This document shows, one piece after another, positions 31,502 through 43,845 of a stretch of DNA of 64,000 bases. The stretch comes from the human T2T-CHM13v2.0 reference genome, Homo sapiens, in NCBI RefSeq assembly GCF_009914755.1, contig NC_060940.1. The stretch is one strand, 5' to 3'. The position numbers and the translations under genes are program-made. The notes below the pieces were generated by a model. That model was not told the DNA's origin and did not search any database. It was given only the letters and a program-made list of their open reading frames with translations. Position 1 is the first letter of the stretch; every line of letters starts with the position of its first letter.

Positions 31502-32563
31502 ACCTGACCAGTTAGAGTTAAATGTTGTCTTCAAAGCAAGTATGTTTTTTATCTGGTTGCTGTATTTTTGTCAACAAGGTTGCTATTTTATGGTACAAGT
31601 ATTATAATTAATTGCAGCTTCAGAAAAGCTATGTGGAAAAGTTTTGGCAAGGAGCCAGGCTTCAAGGGGCCTTAAAAAGAAGGCTGTGACATCTTGAGTC
31701 TGCTTAAGATACATAAAATATTATATATGTTATATATGACGTATATTATGTATATATATCTGTATGTATATGTTTAAATACATATACATACATATATGCC
31801 TATATGTGTATATGTAATGTATGTAGTATATATGTATATCTATATATCTATAAAGATATATAGATATCCTTAGTGCCCCATCAATTCAACTAGCTCACCA
31901 TCGACATGAATGAAACAATTAGAAAACAGGAAAAATCAAAGACAAGATCCATATGGATGTTAACCTCCGTGTGTCATAACTTAGAAGTACGTTGCTTGGA
32001 TTTTTTTTCTTACTATAGCCCTAGATGTTTGGGCTTACCCTTAATCGCAGTTGAATAAAGAGTAAACAATACGCATATTCTCAATCTGTGATAAGTATTC
32101 TATTTGACTTACTATTTTTCACCCCATTACTTCCAGTGATCCAGGGAGAATATGGGCTTCTGTAGCATCCTTGACTGCCTTTCTATACTCCTAGGAAGTG
32201 TAATGGTCTCCCTCTTCATCTGGTAACTGATACCATTAATTAGACCTGACAAATTAATGATAGGCTATATTAACCACATTTGTCTAAGCATTTCACAGAT
32301 ATCTCCTGCTTCCAGTGAGAGTCAGTTAGACTTAAATAAAATATTTCGAATCCTGAATTTCCCCATAAAGCCAGGTTCCCTAGTCCCAAAATTATCTCTA
32401 ATAGGATTTTTTTAAGTTATTGTGGTGATGGTTTACCAGTGTACACACATCAGGTAATTATAATACTTGTACCATAAAATAGCAGCCCTGTTGACGAAAA
32501 TATAGCAACCAGATAAAACATATACTTGTTTTGAAGACAACATTTAACTCTAACTGGTCAGGT
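31502..32563. repeat. 109-bp inverted repeat (31502-31610 / 32455-32563), 844-bp spacer
   Basis: Manual alignment gives 102/109 identity with no gaps. Not recognised as a known repeat family. Confidence 0.95.
31718..31868. repeat. (TA)-rich low-complexity tract
   Basis: Read directly. Confidence 0.85.
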
Positions 32564-32583
32564 CAGATTTTTCAATGGGTCAT

Positions 32584-33628
32584 GGGAGTTGAAGTAAACA
32601 ATAAAACAGAGGTACACATTGACCAATTGCATAATTTTTAATCAAAAGTACAAAATTTCCATTGGCTAAGAAGTTTGAAACATCCTAAAATTTGGGATAT
32701 TTCTAAGGGTTAAAATTATCAGTATTTCCCTATTGCTAGCCAAATAAACATTGTTCTTCTCAGCCAAAGAACTTCATGTTCTGCCTTTCCTAATGTGTAT
32801 CTATTTTCTTTCATATGAACCATATTCCTATTAAGTTGAATTACTTGCTAATTCATGAATATGCCTTGAGGTATAATATCCTTTTGAAATTGATTTTATT
32901 CAGACAAGCAAGATTTGGCTGTATCTGCTTAGTTCATCCTTACTTTATATTATGAGAGTGCATGAGGCTAAGCAATGAATATATAACTCCATTCCTATGG
33001 TGTTCTGATAGGAGGAATTAGGTGGTAGTATGAGTAGAACAGCTGCAAGTACTGGTCCTTCATTCATTCACTTAACAAACTACCTGTGAGGTGCTATGCC
33101 AAGTCTTGTGTATTGAGGTCAACCAGCAAGAAATAAGTGAGAATAATCCAAGCACGAAGAGAGTCCCAGCTCTTTTGCTCAGGAATCATGCAGTGTAGAG
33201 AGCGGAGACGGAAAAGCTAGGAGGGATAGCACAGCCTTAGGCTTTGAAGAATCTTGCCTCTAGAAAAGATGCAGAGTCAATATAGAATTGAATTATGATG
33301 CAAGCATGACTATTTAGCAAAACCCATGTTACAATATAATATTTCTTCCCAATTTTACCCCAAGGCCAGAGGTAAATCAGCATGTCTAGTCCTAGGTTCC
33401 TTAAGTGACTCCACAGCCAAACAGGAAATATCTCATGCATCAGTACATGATCAACTTGTTTTACCTCTGCAAACATCTTAGAATGATAATTCTCTAGAAA
33501 TAACAAAGCTGAGAAGTCTGGTGATGTTCCTCAACATTTAGCCACAGTAATCAAAATACCTCTCTAAATTTATCACTTGTGTTGGAGGGAGTTGAAATAA
33601 ACAATAAAACAGAGGTATACATTGACCA
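32584..33628 (+). repeat. 42-bp dispersed direct repeat (32584-32625 / 33587-33628)
   Basis: gggagttgaa(g/a)taaacaataaaacagaggta(c/t)acattgacca, 40/42 identical. Confidence 0.95.
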
Positions 33629-33899
33629 GTAAGATATTAGAAGCCATTCATTTCAATTATGCTCATGGACCAATAGCAAAGTTCTCAAAGAAGCTTCCAT
33701 TCAAAATTTGTATTGTCTAAAATAGTAAATTAAAGCATGATTCAAAAAAAACATGTTGGTTTCATATGTATTCACTAAGAAAATTAATACTGACATTCGA
33801 ATTGTCATGATTATTAAATACTAACATAGGGAAGGGCATGGAAAATACTGTAAATAGTGTAGTTCATAGACACTGGTTCATACAATTTGCCTGTAACTG

Positions 33900-34345
33900 T
33901 AATGTGTTTTCAACAGGCTGATAGCTTCCAAACTCAAGTGCCTGACTATCTCTGCTTCTCTGTCCAAGGATGTTCTCCAATACTCCTGAGGGTCGCTAAA
34001 TTGAAAGCAGTTCTCTATTTTTAAATATGAGAAATTAACACCCATGGTGCAAGCCCCTGCCACTAAAGAATGAGAGTTGGAGTATAGATGGCCCAACTTC
34101 TTGTCCTCTGATCCTGTGATTATGAGCATGCACTACACCATTTCTCAACAGCTCCTTACTGTTTGAGCTTCATTTGCTTACAGAAGTAAAACTAACACAC
34201 CCTTTATTTTATTCCCTTTCTTCCTTTCTTTCTCATTTTACCCACTCCCTCACTTGTAACTTCTGGGATCACCTCTCAGTTGAAGTACCTGTCCTGAAGG
34301 CCTTAACTTAGTGTCATGTTTTTGGGAAAACTCAAACTAAAGGCA
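33900..34345 (+). mobile_element. ERVL LTR16A-like LTR
   Basis: 3' end cttctgggatcacctctc...tttgggaaaactcaaactaaaggca. Confidence 0.65.
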
Positions 34346-37300
34346 AGGCTATATTTTTTTCCTCTTTTCACTTTATTACCACAATAATTTTATACTTATT
34401 CAAATATTTGTTATTCTGCTCTCTGATTTACAGGCTTATCTCTCCTACAAAAAAAAGATAAACAGAAATATAAGAAAATGATTTTATTTAACATTCTAAC
34501 TTTAATACCCATTACATCAGTAAATGGTTGTTGAGTGAATGAATGGCTGAATGGAAAACATGAAGATTTAAAACCATGAGTTGTTCTATGCATTATTGCG
34601 TATTGCTTTGATCAATGTGGCAATGATTCAGATAGCTATAGCAGATGGTAATTTCCATATTCTCTAAAGTTGTAAATCCCAAATCACCAAAGGCCAGATT
34701 TCAAGGACCTGGGCCATCCTCTTTCCTGAAAAGGAAGCTAAAGTAGGTAATACTGATCCATTATTATAGTAAAAACATTTGGCCACCCCAGCTACTTGCA
34801 AACAAGTGAGACATCATTTTAGACTAAGGATCTCAGGCGTATCTGGAAGAGTCTGGGAAAATTAGATAGATAAAGTTACTTTAGGTACTGATTTTTCTAC
34901 TCTAGGAACTAACCTGCCAATTGTAGGTACTTTTTTCCATGTGAAATACTTGTTCAACAAGTTGAAACTGACAGTATACAAAATGTTTTACTGCCATGTA
35001 TCAGGCAGTTTGATGCATTTTATGCCTGAATAAATGCAAAATGAAATTTTAGCTGAAGGTGATGGTATAGTAAATGGCTTTTAATAAAGCAGGGAATAAG
35101 GTATATGTCTCCCATGGAGAAACCCATGGTGACGATGTGTCTGATTCATATTTTAATTGCCAGAATAAAATCAAATGTACATAAGTTCAGGCATGCTAAT
35201 GAACAAGAAACAGAATTGGCTTTTTCTCTGCCTATTGAATTGTCTAATGGTTTTTGAGAGAAGCAAACAGCATTGTGGATCCAAATATTACTCCAAGGAA
35301 TTATAAACTCTATAACTCGCAGATTAACATTGAATGCTCTTTTGCAATGACACTCATTCTTCAGCAACATGGTTTTTCCAAAAAGACATATGTTGAAATG
35401 GTTTGCTAGAATTTTCTAATGAATTTCTTTAAATTGGGACATACTATAAAATAAATCTGATCTCTGATCCATGTTTTAACAATCGGCTTGAATAATCATT
35501 GATTTCCTTTTTTACCAAAATATCTTATTTTGCTATCCCCCTCTTTCCTTAGAAAAATTGTTGATTGCTGTATTTTATTTGTATTAACAGTTAATACAAA
35601 TATAACATACTATGTGAAATATATTTTGCATAAGAAGATTACTTGTCTAAAATGAATCAGTATAACTTTTAGCTTAAAAACCAGGCCCACATTTAACATT
35701 TTAGTTTGTCCATATGGTCTAGTTGTGAGAAAAATGCACAATCTTGAAATTTTAACAACAGATCATAAGCTATTTTTGAAAAATTCTATAAATTAGAGAA
35801 TTTTGTTTTTTGGGGTTTACTGTTGCTTTAGAAGGGCAAAGGTAAGTTACATTTTGAATATATCATTCACTTACTCCATAATGTAAATTCTACAAGTATT
35901 GATTTAACGTATACTATGGAGGGTCCCTCAAACCTGATTACTGATATTCTCTACATAAAGACTTTCTTGGATTATGCAGGTTTAGGAGACTGACAGAGAA
36001 AAACGGAAGAGTATTGCCCTGTCTGTACACTCATATACCCACATTTAAGCTGGGATGTGGGGAATAAACAATAGTGAGGAGTTTACTTGGCTCTGAGACT
36101 ATGACAATGCCAATAGCATCATAGATGGGGAAACAAAAAATAATGCATAAGTTGAGGACGTGTGTTTTACTCTTCAAGAATTTTATGTGTGTATGTGTCC
36201 TATGGTCAGGCACAATACTAGACACCAAGGGATAATAATACAGCCCTTGTCCTCAAGATTTTTATATTATAGTATTTATATTATAAGAAGGTGGTGTGAC
36301 ATGACAAAAGAGAAAAAACATAAATATGCATGAAAACTAAGATGATGGTAAATAGTATAAACATTTAACAATCTAATATTCTGAATGACTGGAATTTGAG
36401 GAGCTGCCAAGCAGGGGCCAGAGTATATACATAGGGTACCCATATATACTATTATTCTTTTGATATTATGTCATGAAACTAACACTTTGAGGTTGCACTT
36501 AAGTCACATGAATGGAGGTTGAATCCATGGGGCCTGAGAAATTTCTAAACAACTGAGCATGAAGAAAGAAAAAGGTCCTGGGCAGACAACTACAATGGTG
36601 GGAAAGAATGATCCTAGAAAATCAGGGAAGAATATTCCCAATTCTCTAAGAAATATTTTTAAATGCACAGATTCCGATATTACTATTACCTTATTTAGGT
36701 AAACCAATTTTTTCAGTGAGCCATAAAAACCATCTAGAATGGGCAAACAAAAAAATACTTGTCATGTCAGTAAGATTGATTTCATCTCATTTTAGTACTA
36801 GAATGTGAAATTAAGAGATTTTCTTTACTGCAAAACTCTCTGGAGCCAAAACAGGAAGAGAAGAAAACAAAGAAAATGAAAGCATATATATGCTTCTTAC
36901 AAGTTCAGGGTTACAAACTAGAGAGCAATAGAGAAGACCATCAAGAGCAAAAATTACATCCCTTGCATTTTGATGTCCCGTACAGTAAGCAAAAGACACA
37001 ATAGCCAAAGAAGATCGCTTTCTGTTCCTTTGGCCAAGAGAGGTTTACAAACATTGAGATTGTAGAGAGAACATCTTCAGTTAAGCCATTGACTTTTTTT
37101 CTCCCTCACATATATTTATTCTTACACCAGTAGTTTAATGTCAACAGCTGTGTGCTTTTTTTGTATTTTTAACGGATTTAAAAAAAAAATCTGCCAAGTT
37201 ATTGACATCACTCTTTGCGTTAGTGTCAGAGCAAAACCAATGCATTGCATACTTTCAAATTTAGCATTTGGTAGTAGTACAGAGTAAAAAAGTAATAATC

Positions 37301-37407
37301 AGAGATTTAAGATATTAGAACATTTGCCAGTCTTTTGTAAGTGAAAAAGACTTGTGAAAAAGCAGACATTTAAAATGTGGTGCTGATTTTTAAAAATGAA
37401 TTTTAAA

Positions 37408-37680
37408 ATTAGCTTGCTTATTGCAATATACCAAACATTCAGAAAATTTGAACAAATTAGTATACTGCTTGATGAATATCACAAAATGAACACAGCTGAG
37501 ACTCACTACTCAGATCACGAAATAAGACATTATTAGTACCACAGAAGCCCTGTAATGCCTTCTCCAGTCACTAGGCTAAGCCTCATCCCAAAGTATTAAC
37601 AACTAATTAGACTTCCAAATGTATATATTCATTTGCATCTACTTTAGTACTTCAATATCTTATTTGAGGAGTTTCACTTA
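37408..37680 (-). mobile_element. L1ME-like 3' fragment
   Basis: gcttgatgaatatcacaaaatgaacac...actactcagatcacgaaataagacattattagtaccacagaagccc. Confidence 0.65.
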
Positions 37681-39434
37681 TAGTGTTTCTAGCCCATCCT
37701 CGGGAACAAGGAAAATACTAAAGGCCAATATAGCTCCTTTTGTTGCACTCATGTATCAAATGGAAAATGAAAGAAACAAAATTTTATCTAAATAGTAATG
37801 AATTCACACTAATTTTAAAGCACACTAGGTATAATACATGGTCAACGTTTAACTCATGCAATGACAGAAAATATTTCTTATGCTAAGCGCCATCCTAAAT
37901 ACACACCTTTATCTCTACTTGGCCTAAGGTATTAGTATTAATTTTTCAGGTGATTATAATATGCAGCCGTGTTCAGGAACCAGTGCGCCAAAAAGCAAGC
38001 AGGTAGTTTGGTAATTGTCAAATGTCCCCTTCCTTAGAATGACTTCAGCTTGTGTGTTCTTGTGAAGTATATTTACTTAAACAAATTAAATAGTTAAAGG
38101 AACTGGCAGGTCTGCATTTCATCATGATTGACAGGTTGAAAAAGAAATGTAGCTATGAGGTCGAATATCTACCATTTTAAGTGGAATCTGGCCTTGACTA
38201 TCTCCGCTTAACCTTGCCTCTTTATTTCCTTCATTTTGTTTGCTTTGGTTTAGTTTGCTTTTCTTTTCTAGTATTCAATGTAGATGCTTAAGGTTACTGA
38301 TTTTGATATGTTTATTTTTTAGTGTAGGAGTTTACAGCTATAAATTTCTGAGTACTTATTTTGTGGCACCTCATAAACTTTGTATGTTTTGTGTATGTTC
38401 TTTTTCCATTTATCTTAAATGATTTTATAATTATCTTACTAGTCCATCTTTAACCAATTGGTTATTTATATTGTGTTTATTGTTTGTTTAATTTCCACCG
38501 ATTTGTGAATTGCCCAAATTTTCTGTGGTTACTAATTTATATTTTCTTGAAAAACATTAAGTGTATACTTATACTTTTACATGAGTGCTATATAGAAATA
38601 TATTTGTTCTAGTTGCTTGTTATTGCTTTTAAAATCTATTTCCTTGCTTATTATCTGTCTAATCACTGAATACATTATTAAAAGAAAAATGTTAAAGCCT
38701 CTATTATTAGAGAGGAAATGCCTATTGTTGCTTCTATTATGTCAGTTTTTTGTTTTATGAATTTAGAATATTTGTTGTTACGTGCATACAGGTTTATAAT
38801 TGTTAGATCTTCTTGATGGATTATTACTTTTGTCATTACAAAATGTACTACTTTGTTTCCTGTAAAAAATTCTACCTTAAAGTCCATTAGTCTGACATTA
38901 GTGTAGCTACCCTAATGCACCTTTAGTTACTGTCTATATGGTATACTTATTTGCATTTTTTTACTTTAAATCAATTTGTTTCTTTGAATTTAAAGTCTCT
39001 GTAAAGGAATATAGTTCTACTAAGTTTTTAGATCTATTCTGCCAACTCCAATTTTGACCTGAAAATTTAATCCATTTTCCTTTAAATTAATTAGTGATAA
39101 AGAAACAATAATTGCTACCATTTTGCTATTTGTTTTCTGTATGTCTTATTTAGTTTTGTCCTCAATCCCTCCTGACTGCCTTCTCTTGTGTAATATCAGT
39201 ATTTCTAAAGTATTATTTAATTATTCTTTTTTTACAATCATTTTGAAATTTTCTCTTAGTGGACTTTCTAGGAATTATAACTAACATCTTAGTTATTAGC
39301 AATCTTATTTGGATTAATACCAACTCAATTTCAATAGTGTACAATTCTACTGTATAGCTCCATTCATTCTCCCTGCCTCTTTTACCATTACTGTCACACA
39401 AATAACATAAGTATATATTAAACAAAGATGTAGG

Positions 39435-39596
39435 AATTCCAATGGCATTTTTTTCACAAAAAAAATAGAAAAAAATCCTAACATTCATATGAAAACCCCA
39501 AAGACCCTGAACAATCAATGTAATCTTGAACAAACAAAAAAAGCTAAAGACATCATGCCTCCTGATATCAAATTGTATTAGAAAACTGAAGTGATG
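39435..39596 (+). mobile_element. Isolated L1 ORF2 fragment (no tail, no TSD)
   Basis: aattccaatggcattttt...caaagaccctgaa...gacatcatgcctcctgatatcaaattgtatt, oriented opposite to the host L1. Confidence 0.8.
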
Positions 39597-40599
39597 TGCC
39601 CATCAATACAGACAAATAATTACTTATTTATACAGTTGTCTTTTAAGTCTGATTATGATAAAATAGAGTTACAATAAAAAATGCATTCATGCTGGAGAGT
39701 AACACCAGCAAGATGGTGGAATATCAGCTTTCAGTTCTCATCCCCACACATAAACAACTATTTTGGCAATCACCAATGAATAAGAATAATTTTATGAGAA
39801 TCTTCCAGTCTAGTTGAGGTACCAGCACCCCTGTGGAACAAGAGGGTAAGCACAGTTTCACTTTACCTGCATTGTCCTGCCCCACCCATGCAATTGACAC
39901 AGCCAAGAAAGGAACTCAGCCCATAATTTCTCTCATGAAGGAAAGTGGCAGAGCAGTGAGCACCTGCCTTTCCCAGCCTTGAAGGATGTTGTCAGGAGGC
40001 TCACTTCTGTCTCACCCCATCCAGAACACTGAGGGGTCACAGAGTGGAATCATCTGAGGACAGCTAGAAGTAGGGAGAATAAAATGGAGCACACAAAAAC
40101 CAGTGTATGGTTCCAGACACCTAGCCATGGGTCCTGCTAACCTGCTTGCAGACTTTGCCAAGAGGCCAACCCATGAAACCTGCAGGATGATGAGTCTGAG
40201 GGTTCCCTCGACAGCTGACACATTCTCCCAGCACCCCACAGGCTCTCTCTATGAACATCAAGTCCATGTCTTGGTGCATAGCTCATATGAGTTCCACGTG
40301 AAAGCACCCATGTCTCACCAGCAGTTGTGAATCTTAACAGGTGGCTCTATTCTCCTGGTGTGGGACAAGATGCGTAACATTAAGCACTTCAAAGTACTTC
40401 CTTAGTGAAAATAATGGGAGGCTCTCAGCACCAGGGCTGGCTTTACAGGATCAAGAGAAGATACATAATTCTAAAACTTGTTCCCCTAAGAGGAAACAAG
40501 AGGAGTAGTCAAGCACAACCATAGTAAAGGACTGTGAAATCACCAGAATCTCAAGCTGGGCTCATAGCAAAGTTTGTTTTACTTGAAAAGGACCTTCAT

Positions 40600-40899
40600 G
40601 GCCAGGCATGGTGGCTCATACCTGTAATCTCAGCACTTTTGGATACTGAGGCAGGAGGATTGCTTGAGCTTATGAGTTTGAGACCAGTCTGAGCAACATG
40701 GTGAAATTCTGTCTCTACAAAGAATACAAAAAAAAAAGTAGCTGGGTATGCTGGTGCTACTGGGAAGGCTGAGGTGGGAGGATCACTTGAGCCTGGGAGG
40801 TGGAGGCTGCAGTGAGCCATGATTGCGTCACTGTACTCCATCCTGGGTGAGAGAAGGAGACCCTGTCTCAAAAAAAGAAAAAAAAAAAAAAGAAAGAAA
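40600..40899 (+). mobile_element. AluJ nested in L1
   Basis: ggaggattgcttgagc, gaggctgcagtgagccatgatt and agaccctgtctc. Small deletion in the right arm. Confidence 0.93.
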
Positions 40900-42554
40900 G
40901 AAAAGATCCTCACCGTGATCACAGTCAGAAAAAAACTGGAGAAGGTGACTGCTTCTTCAGATATGAATATGTCAATACAAGTCTTTAGTAAACATAAAGA
41001 GTCAAGAGAATATGACACCACTAAAGGAAGAACATAAAGTTCCAGTGGCTGACACCAAAGAAATGGTAGTCTGTAAATTGCTTAACAAAAATTTAAAATA
41101 TTCATCTTGAAGAAGCTCAGTGAGCTACAAGAGAAAACAGATTGTTAATTAAATTAAACTAGGAAAACAACACAAGGACAAATGAGAAGTTAAATAAAGA
41201 GATAACAACTACAGAAAAGAACCAAACATAAATTCTGGAGCTACGGAATACAAAGCTTAAGCTGAAAGATTTAACAGAGTGCTTCAAAAAGCAGTCTCAA
41301 TTACACAAAGAAAGGAATCTGTGAATTCAAATATAATTCATTTGAAATTACATATTTAGAGATACACAAAGAAAAAATAATATAAATGTATGAAGAAATC
41401 CCACAAGACTTATTGGATACCATCCCCCAAACCAATATATGAATTATGAAAGTTCCAAAAAAAAAACAGAGAATGAGAAAGAGGACAAGCTTATTTTAAA
41501 AAGTAAGTGAAATTATTCAAATCTGGAGATGAAAATAAATATTTAGACCCATAAAAGCCAAAGAAGTATAAATAATTTCAGCATGGAGAGGTCTTCACCA
41601 AGACACAATATAATCAATTTGTCAAAGCTACAGACAAAGCAAAAGAAAAGTGCTTGTCACACATAAAGGAACTATCCTAAGGCTCCATATGGATATCTCA
41701 ACAGAAAAACTTGTGGACCACGACAGATTGGAATTGAAGGTGAGGTATTCAGAGTGAGCTATTCAAAGTGCTGAAAGAAAACACAAACAAATATTAAAAA
41801 TCAAAAGAAATCTGCTAAGAATACTTAACCTAGAAAAGCTGTCCTTTAGAAGTGCAGGAGAGATAAAGTCTTTCCCAGAAAAGCAAAGGCTGACAAACTT
41901 CATCACCACTAGGCCTGCCTTAGAGAAAATGCTAATGGAAGTTCTTCAAGCTGAAATTAAAGGCTACTGATTAGTAACATAAAAACATATGAAAGTATAA
42001 AACTCACTGGTAAAGTTAAACTCATTATCAAATTCAGAAAACTCTAATGCTTCAATATTGGTGCTAAATCATTTAATATCTAGTATAATGGTTAATTTAA
42101 TGCAATTCCTATCAAAATTTCAATGACATTTTTAATCTAAATTGAAAAAAAATTACTAAAATTCTTCTGGAACTACAAAAGACCCTGTATAGCCAAACTA
42201 ATCTGGAGCAAAGAGAACAAGCCTGGAGACATCATGCTTTCTAATATCAAATTATATTAGCTAGTGATAGTAATGAAAACAGTATGGTAATGGCATAAAA
42301 CAGACCAATAAAACACCATATAGATCCCCAAAATAAACCCACATATATAAAGCCAAGTATATTTCCACCAAAGTGCCCAGAATACACAACGGAGAAAGGC
42401 TGATCTCTTTAATAACTGGTATTGGGAGAACTGGATATCCACATGAAAAATAATAAAGTTGGACACTTACATAGTGCACAAAAATCAACACAAAGTGGAT
42501 TAAAGATCTAAATGTAAGATCTAAAGTTGTAAAACTTCTAGAAGAAAACACTGA

Positions 42555-42971
<417 letters not shown>

Positions 42972-43619
42972 TTAAACTATAAAGGTTCTATACAATAAAG
43001 GAAACAACCCAAATTAAAAGGCAACCTATGGAATGGCAGAAAATATTTTCAAATTATATATCTGATAAGAGGTAACAACCACAATATACAAGAAACTCAT
43101 ACAACTGAATATCAAACAAACAAAACCCAAATTATTCAAATAAAAACGGGCAAAGAACCTGAATAGATATTTTCCCAAAGAAGATACACTAATGTCCAAC
43201 AGGTATATGAAAAGCTGCTTAACTCACTAATCATCACGGAAATACAAGTCAAAGCCACAATGAATATCACCTCACACTTGTTAGGATGGCTATTATTAAA
43301 AAAGTAATAAATTTAACAAGTGTTTAGCAAGGATGTTGAAGAAAGGGAATGATTATACACCAATAGTGTAAATGTAAATTGATAGAGCCATATGGAAAAC
43401 TGTTTAAAGTTCCTCAAAAAATTAAAAATAGAACTTTCATGTGGTGTAGGAATATGACTTCTGGGTGTATATCCAAGTAAACTGAAATAAATATATTGAA
43501 GATATATTGGAACTCCCTTATTTATTTAAACATTTTTCACACTAGCCAGATATGTAAACACCCTAAGTCATTGATGGGATGACATAAATAAAAAGGATTT
43601 CCTTTTTATGTAAGTCAAA

Positions 43620-43845
43620 TAATATTTCATTATATATTATAATTATATATAATGGAATTATTATATATAATGGAATATATAATGAAAATTATAATATATA
43701 AGAATAGTATTTTATATCAAAAAATAATGTATTTTTATAAATTACATATAATCCCGTTATATATAATTATAATATATATTATAATATATAATTCCAGTTT
43801 TATAATTATAATTATATATGTAATTCCATTATGTATATATATCAT
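43620..43845. repeat. AT-rich low-complexity expansion inside an L1 3' region
   Basis: Degenerate tatataatggaat units in both orientations. Confidence 0.85.
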
